From: Bacteroidota bacterium
GTDB lineage: Bacteria; Bacteroidota; Bacteroidia; J057
Reading direction: 5' to 3'
DNA length: 42,698 nt
Assembly (NCBI GenBank): GCA_013298365.1
Contig: JAAFHL010000003.1
Coordinates: forward strand, 1-42,698
Shown in pieces: positions 24,419-32,431 of the stretch. Every line of letters begins with the position of its first letter. Position 1 is the first letter of the stretch. The translations under genes were made by a program, and so were the position numbers. The notes beneath the pieces are model-generated. The model was not told where the DNA came from and ran no database searches. It worked only from the letters and a program-made list of their open reading frames with translations.

Positions 24419-25330
24419 GTGAATATCTTTTCAATATTTAGGGAATTTTGCCGAAAAAATGCACTTTTTGCCCTTATTACGGGGTTTTCGTTCTTATTTT
24501 TTGCCTTTTTGCTCTTAGCAAGTCCCGCTGCTCTGTTTATTGCATACCTAAACGATATAGATATCAATGTCTTGCAAAACATTGGCGAAGAAGACCTGCC
24601 AAGTCCATCCGATATTCGTTTTGTATTAATTGTACAAGCATGGTATCAGATTTTAACATGGGGAATTGTGGGTATGATAATGATGAATATCTTAGATGAT
24701 AAAATGGAAAATATTTCCCTTAAACATTTACCCATTTTACCGATTGCTATCCTGATGATTTTATCTGCGATTCCTTTGGCGCAATATGTGGGATTTGATG
24801 CGGAGAGTTTCAGGCTGCCCTCATTTTTGCAAGAGGTAGAAAAATCCTTAGAAGCAAGTGAAAATAGGGCAAGTTTATTGATAAAAGCCTTGCTTTCTGA
24901 CAAAAGTCCTGCTACTTTAATCCTCAATATTTTGGTACTTGCCATTGTGCCAGGAGTTTGTGAGGAGATTTTTTTTAGGAATTTTATCCAAAAACGACTT
25001 TCTACACAATTTTCGCCTTGTTTTGCCATTTTTATAACAAGCCTTATTTTTAGCATTGTCCATTTTCAAATATTTGGCTTTTTTTCTCGCATGATTTTGG
25101 GGGCTGTTTTGGGCTATATTTTTTATATATCCAAAAGTATTGTCCCAAGCATCTTGGCACATTTCACCTACAATGCGACCATGCTTTTTGGGATATATGC
25201 TGCAAATGCAAGAAATATAGATATGGAGAAAGAAGTACATATTCCAATATGGTTTGTGTTGATTTCGATTTCTTTGTTATATTTTTTGGGGAAAATGGCA
25301 TATCAAATTTCGCTTAGGAATGAAAAATAA
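24419..25330 (+). CDS. CPBP family intramembrane glutamic endopeptidase (CAAX protease-like)
   Basis: Motifs EEIFFRNF, FSIVHF and AHFTYN in a multi-TM protein. The GTG start is uncertain. Confidence 0.7.
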   Translation: MNIFSIFREFCRKNALFALITGFSFLFFAFLLLASPAALFIAYLNDIDINVLQNIGEEDLPSPSDIRFVLIVQAWYQILTWGIVGMIMMNILDDKMENISLKHLPILPIAILMILSAIPLAQYVGFDAESFRLPSFLQEVEKSLEASENRASLLIKALLSDKSPATLILNILVLAIVPGVCEEIFFRNFIQKRLSTQFSPCFAIFITSLIFSIVHFQIFGFFSRMILGAVLGYIFYISKSIVPSILAHFTYNATMLFGIYAANARNIDMEKEVHIPIWFVLISISLLYFLGKMAYQISLRNEK

Positions 25331-25341
25331 ATAAGTAGCTA

Positions 25342-25464
25342 AGGAACGAGAGAAAAATAACTTGTTAAGGTTCTCCATTCTGCAAGAATCCAGAAAGCTG
25401 ATACTGAATCACTTAGCTTTTCTGGATTCTTGCAGAATGGCTATCTTATTTTTCACTCGTTCCT
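25342..25464. repeat. 123-nt palindromic dispersed element, copy 2
   Basis: Starts 12 bp after the CPBP stop. Differs from copy 1 at a few positions, including a paired G>A / C>T change that preserves the terminal stem. Confidence 0.85.
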
Positions 25465-25489
25465 AATGTAAGTTGCGAATGGCGTTTAG

Positions 25490-25619
25490 TAGTGGCGATT
25501 CTCCAAAATCGCCACTAACAAAGAAGGAGCTATATGTATTAAGAAACCCAACAAAAGATTTTTCGGTCAGATAACACAAGTTTTATCGCTTAGTAACTGC
25601 GATTCTGGAGAATCGCAGT
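25490..25619. repeat. pair of mirrored hairpins (gcgattctCCAAaatcgc / gcgattctGGAGaatcgc)
   Basis: Hairpin 1 (25490-25517) has an 11-bp stem. Hairpin 2 (25596-25619) has a 10-bp stem and is close to the reverse complement of hairpin 1. They are bracketed by taagttgc (25469-25476) and gcaactta (25636-25643). Confidence 0.65.
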
Positions 25620-25725
25620 ACGGTAAAAATAATAGGCAACTTATATTAACGAATGTTCCCACAAAAAAAAGGAGCTTACCGCATCAATAAGAATATTTTT
25701 TTAGGCACAATTCAAAAAAGAAACC

Positions 25726-25733
25726 TATATTTG
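25726..25733 (+). promoter_or_regulatory. candidate -7 box TAtaTTTG
   Basis: Exact TAnnTTTG match 29 bp upstream of ATG 25762. Confidence 0.3.
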
Positions 25734-25761
25734 CAACATTATTGCATTTAGAGGTACTTAT

Positions 25762-28056
25762 ATGAAAAAAGTAGTTGTTTTTGGGTTGATTTTGGCTTTG
25801 TGGGGAAGTGTACAAGCACAAAATATTACCTTAAAAGGAAATATCGCTGATGCAGAAACGCATGAAGGTGTGCCTTTTGCTACGGTTTACCTCAAAAATA
25901 CAGCCTTTGGTGCGTATGCAGATAGTCTTGGTAATTTTGAACTGACATATACCCCTACGCAACATGACACGCTTTTGGTGCAACATGTTTCTTTTTTTAC
26001 CTATCAACAAGCCATTGATTTTCCAAAAAATAGTGAGATACATCTAGACCTAAAACCCAATCGAATGGTGGTGGCTTGCCCAATTGTGGACAAACGTTTG
26101 CAGCCTACTTTTACACAAACCCAAAATACGCTTTCGGGCATTGCTTTGGAAGAAACATACGGGCAGAATTTGGGAACAGCACTTGCCAAAATTGCGGGCG
26201 TTACGACTTTGCAAACAGGTAGCACGATTGTAAAACCTGTGATTCATGGTTTGCATAGCAATCGCATTTTGATTTTGAATAATGGTATTAGGCAAGAGGG
26301 GCAGCAATGGGGAAGTGAACATGCGCCTGAAATTGATGCTTTTATAGCAAAACAACTAACCGTTGTAAAAGGGGCGGCAGCGGTGCGCTATGGCTCTGAT
26401 GCGATTGCGGGCGTGATTTTGGTCGAACCCAATGCTTTGCGTTTTCATACAGGAACAGAAGGAGATTTGCATTTTGTGGGCTTTTCCAATGGCAGAACAG
26501 GGGTGATTTCGGGGAGGATAGGACATAGGTTTGGTGGAAAAATGAATCCTTTGGCATTGCAAGCGCAAGGCACTTATAAACGAGGGGGGAATTTGCAAAC
26601 GCCTACTTATTTCCTCAAAAATACAGGCATAGAAGAATTGAATGGCTCTTTTATGGCGGAATGGAAAAAGGAAAACTATTCGATTGAAACGTTTTATAGC
26701 CATTTTGAAACAAGAATTGGCATTTTTAGTGGGGCGCATGTAGGCAATTTGACGGATTTGATGAATGTTTTTGAGGCGGAAAAGCCCGCAGATTCTGCTA
26801 ATTTTTCGTACAAAATTGCTCGTCCTTCGCAAGTTGTACGGCATGATTTGGTCAAAACAAAGGCTTTTTTTCGCACAGGAAATGCAGGCAGATTGTATAT
26901 TACAGGTGCAAGTCAGTTTAATGTGCGTTATGAATATGACAAACATCGTCCCCGCAATGATTCACTCGCAGCCCTCAATCGCCCCGAATTTCGTATGCAC
27001 ATTTTTTCTCATACCTTAGAAACGCTTTGGGAACATGCTCGTTTTTACCACTTTTCGGGGCAAATCGGTGTCTTTGGTATGTTTCAAAACAATGATGTCT
27101 ATGGACGTTTCCTAATTCCTGATTATCAAACTTTTACAAGTGGTATTTTTGCGGTAGAACGTTGGCAAAAAGACAAATGGGAAATAGAAGGGGGGCTTCG
27201 TTATGATGTGCGAAATACAAATGTAAAGGCTTGGAAGGGCAAAATAGCTGCCGACACAAGCTTCTTTTTCCAAAATATCTCTGCCAATTTTGGGGCAATT
27301 TTTCATGCAAATGAACATTATACTTTCTACTTCAATGCTGGTAAGGCTTGGCGTGCGCCTGGCGTAAATGAGTTGTATAGCAATGGCTTACATCATGGTT
27401 CAGCTTCGATTGAAGTCGGAGATAGGCAGTTGCAAGCCGAAAAAGCCTACAATTTTATATTGACAAATAATTTTCACAATGATAATTTGGGTGCGGAAAT
27501 TAGTTTGTATCGCAATTATATTCAAGATTTTATCTACACACAAGCAGGGGCGGCTCGATTGACGGTGCAGGGCGCATTTCCTACTTTTTATTACAAACAA
27601 GCAAATGCTGTTTTGAGTGGTGTGGATTTTTATGCGCATTATACCTTTGCTAAACATTTTACTTTACAGTCAAAAATGGCGATTGTACGGGCATGGAATC
27701 GGGAGGCGCAAACATGGATTCCTTATATGCCGGCAGATAGATGGGAAAATGGTATCAAAATTTCGGCACAAAATTGGGGGAAATTGGATTTGCCCTACCT
27801 AACCCTGTCAGGGTTAAAAGTCTGGGCGCAAAAACGTGCTCCCCTTGATGCAGATTTGTTGCCGCCGCCACAAGGCTATTTTTTATTCAATATAGAATCG
27901 GGCGGGCATTTTCACTGGAAAAAACAAGAAGTGCGCTTAGGCTTGAGTGTGAGCAATTTACTCAATACAAAATACAGGGATTATATGAATCGTTTTCGAT
28001 ATTATGCCAATGAAATGGGGCAGAATGTAACGTTGAGAATGAGTTTTCCTTTTTAG
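25762..28056 (+). CDS. TonB-dependent receptor with carboxypeptidase-regulatory-like domain
   Basis: Signal peptide, ITLKGNIADAETHEGVPFATVYL, a plug region (PVIHGLHSNRILILNNGIRQEGQQWGSEHAPEID) and a barrel ending RMSFPF. Confidence 0.85.
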   Translation: MKKVVVFGLILALWGSVQAQNITLKGNIADAETHEGVPFATVYLKNTAFGAYADSLGNFELTYTPTQHDTLLVQHVSFFTYQQAIDFPKNSEIHLDLKPNRMVVACPIVDKRLQPTFTQTQNTLSGIALEETYGQNLGTALAKIAGVTTLQTGSTIVKPVIHGLHSNRILILNNGIRQEGQQWGSEHAPEIDAFIAKQLTVVKGAAAVRYGSDAIAGVILVEPNALRFHTGTEGDLHFVGFSNGRTGVISGRIGHRFGGKMNPLALQAQGTYKRGGNLQTPTYFLKNTGIEELNGSFMAEWKKENYSIETFYSHFETRIGIFSGAHVGNLTDLMNVFEAEKPADSANFSYKIARPSQVVRHDLVKTKAFFRTGNAGRLYITGASQFNVRYEYDKHRPRNDSLAALNRPEFRMHIFSHTLETLWEHARFYHFSGQIGVFGMFQNNDVYGRFLIPDYQTFTSGIFAVERWQKDKWEIEGGLRYDVRNTNVKAWKGKIAADTSFFFQNISANFGAIFHANEHYTFYFNAGKAWRAPGVNELYSNGLHHGSASIEVGDRQLQAEKAYNFILTNNFHNDNLGAEISLYRNYIQDFIYTQAGAARLTVQGAFPTFYYKQANAVLSGVDFYAHYTFAKHFTLQSKMAIVRAWNREAQTWIPYMPADRWENGIKISAQNWGKLDLPYLTLSGLKVWAQKRAPLDADLLPPPQGYFLFNIESGGHFHWKKQEVRLGLSVSNLLNTKYRDYMNRFRYYANEMGQNVTLRMSFPF

Positions 28057-28059
28057 GTT

Positions 28060-28143
28060 CTCGCAGATGAACGCAGATAAAACCGCAGTTTTTCGGAGAT
28101 TTATCAGCGTTAATCTGCGGTTTTATATCTGCTTACATCTGCG
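28060..28143. repeat. GCAGAT/ATCTGC-rich palindromic intergenic repeat, copy 2
   Basis: ctcgcagatgaacgcagataaaaccgcag...gttaatctgcggtttt...atctgcttacatctgcg, collinear with 2934-3017. Confidence 0.7.
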
Positions 28144-28163
28144 AAAAATTAATATTTATTTTT

Positions 28164-28721
28164 ATGAAAAAGTTCATTTTTCTTTTTGTAGCCATTGTAG
28201 GCATTTATGTCTCTGGCTGCAAATGCAAAGGCACAGATTGCCCTTGCGATGGCGACAACTGCGAAGAGGAGTTGATAACTTCTGTTGTCCTTACCTTCAA
28301 AGATTCTGCAAGCACAGATTCACTTGTGTATGCTTTCCGAGACCCTGATGGCGATGGCGCAAATGCGGCTACCGAACATGACACAATTCGTTTAGCGGCA
28401 GACAAAACCTATCTTGTTTCTGCCAAAATCTTGAATGAGTCTGTGTCTCCTGCCGATAATATTACCGAGGAGATTTATGAGGAAAGAAATGACCATCAAT
28501 TCTTCTATCTTTTCACCAATGTAAATGTGAATTTCACTTACAAAGATGACGATACAAATACGCCACCTTTGCCTGTGGGAATCAATACACAATGGAAAAC
28601 AGGTGCGGCAAGCAATGGCAACGTACAAATGATTTTGAAGCATCAACCGAGTGTCAAAGACAATAAGCAAACAACGGGTGATACTGATGTAGAGGTGGTA
28701 TTTCAGACGGTAATACAATAA
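28164..28721 (+). CDS. hypothetical Cys-rich lipoprotein downstream of the TonB-dependent receptor
   Basis: MKKFIFLFVAIVGIYVSGC lipobox, then CKCKGTDCPCDGDNC and DPDGDG. Same strand as the receptor, 108 bp downstream. Confidence 0.6.
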   Translation: MKKFIFLFVAIVGIYVSGCKCKGTDCPCDGDNCEEELITSVVLTFKDSASTDSLVYAFRDPDGDGANAATEHDTIRLAADKTYLVSAKILNESVSPADNITEEIYEERNDHQFFYLFTNVNVNFTYKDDDTNTPPLPVGINTQWKTGAASNGNVQMILKHQPSVKDNKQTTGDTDVEVVFQTVIQ

Positions 28722-28728
28722 AAAAAGT

Positions 28729-28755
28729 GGCGTTAGGGTGCCAAACCCTAACGCC
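28729..28755 (+). terminator. terminator-like hairpin
   Basis: ggcgttagggt / accctaacgcc stem with a 5-nt loop, 8 bp after stop 28721, followed by tactttta. Confidence 0.55.
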
Positions 28756-28986
28756 TACTTTTATCCTAAAATATGCGCATTTCACAACGAGGCAACTTTT
28801 GGATTAAAACGGTCTGAATTTTAGTAGTGTTTTCATGCTTTTAGCGGAATTTCGTGCAAAGAGGGTTTTAAAAAGAAGTATATGTAATCGTTATGTCATC
28901 AATTCTTTTCATGCCGTAAATTACGTGAAAAGTTAAGATATGAATATCATAGTTTGCCTATCTAGTAATTGGATATTTAGTAATAG

Positions 28987-29138
28987 AAATAAAATAAAGT
29001 ACGAATTTGAATTTCCCCTGTTTAGTGTCTCCACCAAACAGGGGAAATTTTAATTAAGCCCTATAAGGGCTAATCATCCCCCGTTTGGAGTCTTCTACAA
29101 ACGGGGGATAGATTTAATATTCGTACCTTATTTTATTT
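28987..29138. other. ~150-bp multi-hairpin palindromic element (candidate structured ncRNA or MITE)
   Basis: The 20-bp outer arms are aaataaaataaagtacgaat (28987-29006) and attcgtaccttattttattt (29119-29138), with one mismatch. They enclose hairpin A (cccctgttt...aaacagggg), a central hairpin (agccc tataa gggct) and hairpin C (cccccgttt...aaacggggg). Confidence 0.7.
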
Positions 29139-29378
29139 ATGATACTTATCTACGAAACTCGCATAAAAAAGATATACTCAAAACTGATGGCTATTTCCCT
29201 CCTAATACCGCTCTATCGTAGAAAAGATTGTTTTTTTTATTTCTTAATGGAATAACGAAGTGGTTTGGTGTTGAAAGAACATACACACGATTAAAAATAG
29301 TTGTCTCCTACATGGAGAAAGGCATTGACGAAAAAAATGGCTGGCTTTATGTGGGCAACTACCTAAGTTTTATGACTT

Positions 29379-29479
29379 AAGTAGTTGATAGTTAAAAGTG
29401 GAAATTTGTAATAACTACATGATAATCAATTTTTTAGCACTAAATTATCTTGTTAGTTTTTTTGCAACTCATACTTATA
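29379..29479. repeat. dispersed AT-rich intergenic repeat with agttgatagttaaaagt motif, copy B
   Basis: Collinear blocks shared with 11643-11755. Confidence 0.5.
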
Positions 29480-29624
29480 GCAATTATGTAGGACAATTTT
29501 TTATGCTTTATGACGAGCGAAGAACAGAAATGCAGCGACAACTCAAAAAAGCCAAAAAACAGTCAAACAACCAAAATGGTTCTTTGACATTTTTTGTGGA
29601 AGGCATCTAAAATGCCTCGTTTTG

Positions 29625-29653
29625 GTAGGGACAGGGCAATGCCCTGTCCCTAC
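29625..29653. other. strong GC-rich hairpin (13-bp stem, 3-nt loop)
   Basis: gtagggacagggc aat gccctgtccctac, extended by ttttggta/taccaaaa. No clear U-tract on either strand. Confidence 0.6.
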
Positions 29654-29699
29654 TACCAAAACCCAAAAACACAAAAAGTGTCATAGAACCATAATTTTA

Positions 29700-29740
29700 A
29701 ATTTGTAGCAGATTTTTGAAAATAAAATCTGCTACAAATT
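29700..29740 (-). terminator. terminator-like perfect 17-bp hairpin overlapping the GMC gene stop codon
   Basis: aatttgtagcagatttt (29700-29716) pairs with aaaatctgctacaaatt (29724-29740). The stop codon is at 29739-29741. Confidence 0.55.
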
Positions 29741-31337
29741 ACGCATTTATCTCCATCATTTTCTCCAAAGAAACCTGTGTATTCCCCTCTTTTTCAGGAA
29801 CATGCGACATAGCATATTCACTCAAAGCCGTAATACTCAAACTCGGATTTACCCCCAGATTACAAGGAATAATCGAGCCATCTAAGATATACATATTGGG
29901 ATAATTGTTCACTTGAAAAAACTGATTTACCACGCCCGTTTCTGCGGTTTCTCCCATAGGGCAGCCCCCCAAAATATGGGCAGTTGTGGACATATTGAAG
30001 AACGTTTCGGGTGCGCTATTCAGGGGAATGCCGCCTACTTTTTCGGCATATCTATACAAAACGTCTTGCCCTGTGGGAATATAGGCAGGAACAGATGCAC
30101 CATTTTTGGCAAAACGGATTTTTCCGCCAAAGAGTCCTTTTTTCCATTCCATTTTGAGGGCATTGTCCAATGATTGCATCACCAACAAAATCAAGGAGTT
30201 AGCACCAAAATAAGGTTGTGCAGTTACTTTGAGAAAGGTAAGAGGCTGTGTAAAAATTTTCTTCAAAAAATGCCAACGCCTTGCCCAAGAACTATAACCA
30301 TCGGTTGAGAGACTCGCTAATTTCGTAATCAAACCCGCTTGTGTGCCGTATTTTACGACCTCGATATGTGTATCGTCATCTGCATTGAAAACAGAAGTAA
30401 TAGCGGGTCCATGATTGAGATTTACATTTGCATTTATCAAGCCTGCAATAGATTCGGAATTTGTGCGCAAGTTTTCGCCCAAAGTATCGGACAAATGTGG
30501 CATTGTGCCATAGTGATGTTTTTGCTTTAAGAGTAAATCCATCGTTCCCAGCACGCCACCACTCACTACAAGCCCTTTTGCCTTCACAATTCTTTTTCGT
30601 TTGTTCCAAAAACTACCTGTACTTGATTCTAAATGTACGTGATATTCCCCGTCAATATATTCCACCTTTGTGGCAAGGGTTTCTGCCTGCACTTCTGTAC
30701 CCCATTTTTCGGCAAAATACAGGTAGTTTTTATCCAAGGTGTTTTTTGCATTAAATCGGCAGCCCGTCATACAAGCCGAACATTCCATACAACCCTGTCT
30801 CAAAGGTCCATTTCCCTTGAAATAGGGGTCTTTTTCGGTTTTTGTATCGCCAAAATAAACGCCTACGTCCACCATTTCAAAGGTATCGCCTCTGCCCATG
30901 TCTTGCGCAATTTCTCGCAATACCTCATCTTCTTTTTGGATTTTTGTTACTTTTGTAGAACCCAACATGAAACGAGCCTTTGCATAAAAGGGCGTTAAAA
31001 CTTCTTTCCAGTTTTTATATTTTGCCCAAACGGGATTATTAAAAAAAGCATCGGGCGGAAAAATATGGGTATTTGCATAAATTAAACTCCCACCACCCAC
31101 ACCTGTACCACTTATAACAAATACTTCTTTGAAAAAAGTCAATTTCATCAAACCAAACAAACGCAAAGCAGGTAGCCACAAATATTTGCTTGCTTGCCAG
31201 TCAGAAGTGGGGAAATCGGCTTGTTTGAAGCGTTTTCCTTTTTCAATCACAAGACATTTATAGCCTTTTTCTGATAAACGCATCGCAGAAACGCTGCCGC
31301 CAAAGCCTGAGCCAATAATGATATAGTCGTAAGTCAT
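29739..31337 (-). CDS. GMC family FAD-dependent oxidoreductase (cholesterol-oxidase-like)
   Basis: YDYIIIGSGFGGSVSAMRLSEKGYKCLVIEKG ADP-binding motif and a C-terminal HILGGCPMG...DGSIIPCNLGVNPSLSITAL. Confidence 0.8.
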   Translation of the reverse strand: MTYDYIIIGSGFGGSVSAMRLSEKGYKCLVIEKGKRFKQADFPTSDWQASKYLWLPALRLFGLMKLTFFKEVFVISGTGVGGGSLIYANTHIFPPDAFFNNPVWAKYKNWKEVLTPFYAKARFMLGSTKVTKIQKEDEVLREIAQDMGRGDTFEMVDVGVYFGDTKTEKDPYFKGNGPLRQGCMECSACMTGCRFNAKNTLDKNYLYFAEKWGTEVQAETLATKVEYIDGEYHVHLESSTGSFWNKRKRIVKAKGLVVSGGVLGTMDLLLKQKHHYGTMPHLSDTLGENLRTNSESIAGLINANVNLNHGPAITSVFNADDDTHIEVVKYGTQAGLITKLASLSTDGYSSWARRWHFLKKIFTQPLTFLKVTAQPYFGANSLILLVMQSLDNALKMEWKKGLFGGKIRFAKNGASVPAYIPTGQDVLYRYAEKVGGIPLNSAPETFFNMSTTAHILGGCPMGETAETGVVNQFFQVNNYPNMYILDGSIIPCNLGVNPSLSITALSEYAMSHVPEKEGNTQVSLEKMMEINA

Positions 31338-31432
31338 GGTGTTTTTTGTGTTGAGATATAAAAGTGTAATAAAATACTATATGGAAAACTGACGGTTGCA
31401 GATAGAAAGTGATTGGTTAAGGAGGGAATTCA

Positions 31433-32335
31433 TTAATTCTCTCCAAATCGCTTTTTCAACAAAGGATGCAAAAAAACAGCCGAAACAATAATCACTGTTC
31501 CTACATAAAAACCAACATGTAAGTCTTTATTTTCCTGAAAAAAATAATAGGCAAGCACAATACCATAAATCGGCTCTAAATTGATGCTCAAACCTGCTGT
31601 ATATGCCGACACATGTCGCAAAGCCTTGATAGACAGTGTATAAGCAACCGTTGTGCAGAGAATAGCAAGCGTAATAAGGTGCCACCAAGTGATTGCTTCG
31701 GTAGGATAGAGACTTTTATAGGGAATAAGTGACAAATGAATAGGGGCTGTAAGGAGCAACAAAACTAAGCCGCCCGAAAACTCTATCGCCATAATCGAAA
31801 AGGTCGAATATTTATGGGCAATGTTTTTATTCAACACACCAAATATTGCTGCACACAAGGCGGAGGTAATGCCTATTGCAATACCTATACGATAATCTGC
31901 TGAAAAACCATAGATACATATCACGCCTCCAACAATAAATGCTCCTAAAATCACTTCTAAACCTGATATTTTTTTCTTGAAAAAAAGGGGTTCTATAAAG
32001 GAAATGAAAAAGGGCGTTGATGCCAAACAACTTAGTGCAATGCTAACATTTGAAAGCTGAATAGACGTATAAAAAGTAACCCAATGCAAAGCCACAATGC
32101 AGCCTATTCCTGCAATTTGCCAACGTTCCTTCACGGTCATTTGCTTGATTTCCGCAAAAATATTGGGCATAAATAACAGGCTAATGAGCGTAAAAACAAG
32201 GCGATAAATAACCAAAACGCTGCCACTTAGCCCGCCTTCATTTATCCATCTACCCAAAATACCGGTAAATCCAAACAGGAAAATAGCGGTATGTAGTTGT
32301 ATATAAGCCAAGATTTTTGGCGAGATTCTGTGCAT
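31433..32335 (-). CDS. EamA/DMT-family transporter
   Basis: 10-TM pattern with duplicated EamA halves. Confidence 0.7.
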   Translation of the reverse strand: MHRISPKILAYIQLHTAIFLFGFTGILGRWINEGGLSGSVLVIYRLVFTLISLLFMPNIFAEIKQMTVKERWQIAGIGCIVALHWVTFYTSIQLSNVSIALSCLASTPFFISFIEPLFFKKKISGLEVILGAFIVGGVICIYGFSADYRIGIAIGITSALCAAIFGVLNKNIAHKYSTFSIMAIEFSGGLVLLLLTAPIHLSLIPYKSLYPTEAITWWHLITLAILCTTVAYTLSIKALRHVSAYTAGLSINLEPIYGIVLAYYFFQENKDLHVGFYVGTVIIVSAVFLHPLLKKRFGEN

Positions 32336-32404
32336 GTATGTATAATAAGCCGCAAAAGTAAGCAGATTTTTTCATAGCTTGCGTACAAGCCCAAGCCTTT
32401 TTCG

Positions 32405-32412
32405 TAACTTTG
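32405..32412 (+). promoter_or_regulatory. candidate -7 box TAacTTTG
   Basis: Exact TAnnTTTG match 20 bp upstream of ATG 32432. Confidence 0.25.
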
Positions 32413-32431
32413 CCCCCAAATACAGCCAAAT

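Noticed and set aside
25465-25761. Cobalamin or other riboswitch upstream of the TonB-dependent receptor
   Set aside because: I could not find a B12-box-like core or any other riboswitch consensus. The structured parts are explained by the dispersed hairpin repeats.
26356-26946. 196-aa minus-strand ORF
   Set aside because: Antisense to the TonB-dependent receptor, whose plug and barrel motifs are unambiguous.
28067-28348. 93-aa ORF overlapping the start of the lipoprotein gene
   Set aside because: Its first half is the translation of the GCAGAT repeat. It overlaps the well-supported lipoprotein ORF out of frame.
29398-29610. 70-aa ORF in the 1-kb gene-free interval
   Set aside because: Its N-terminal half is the AT-rich dispersed repeat (copy B). 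The composition is low-complexity, there is a non-ATG start and no recognisable motif.
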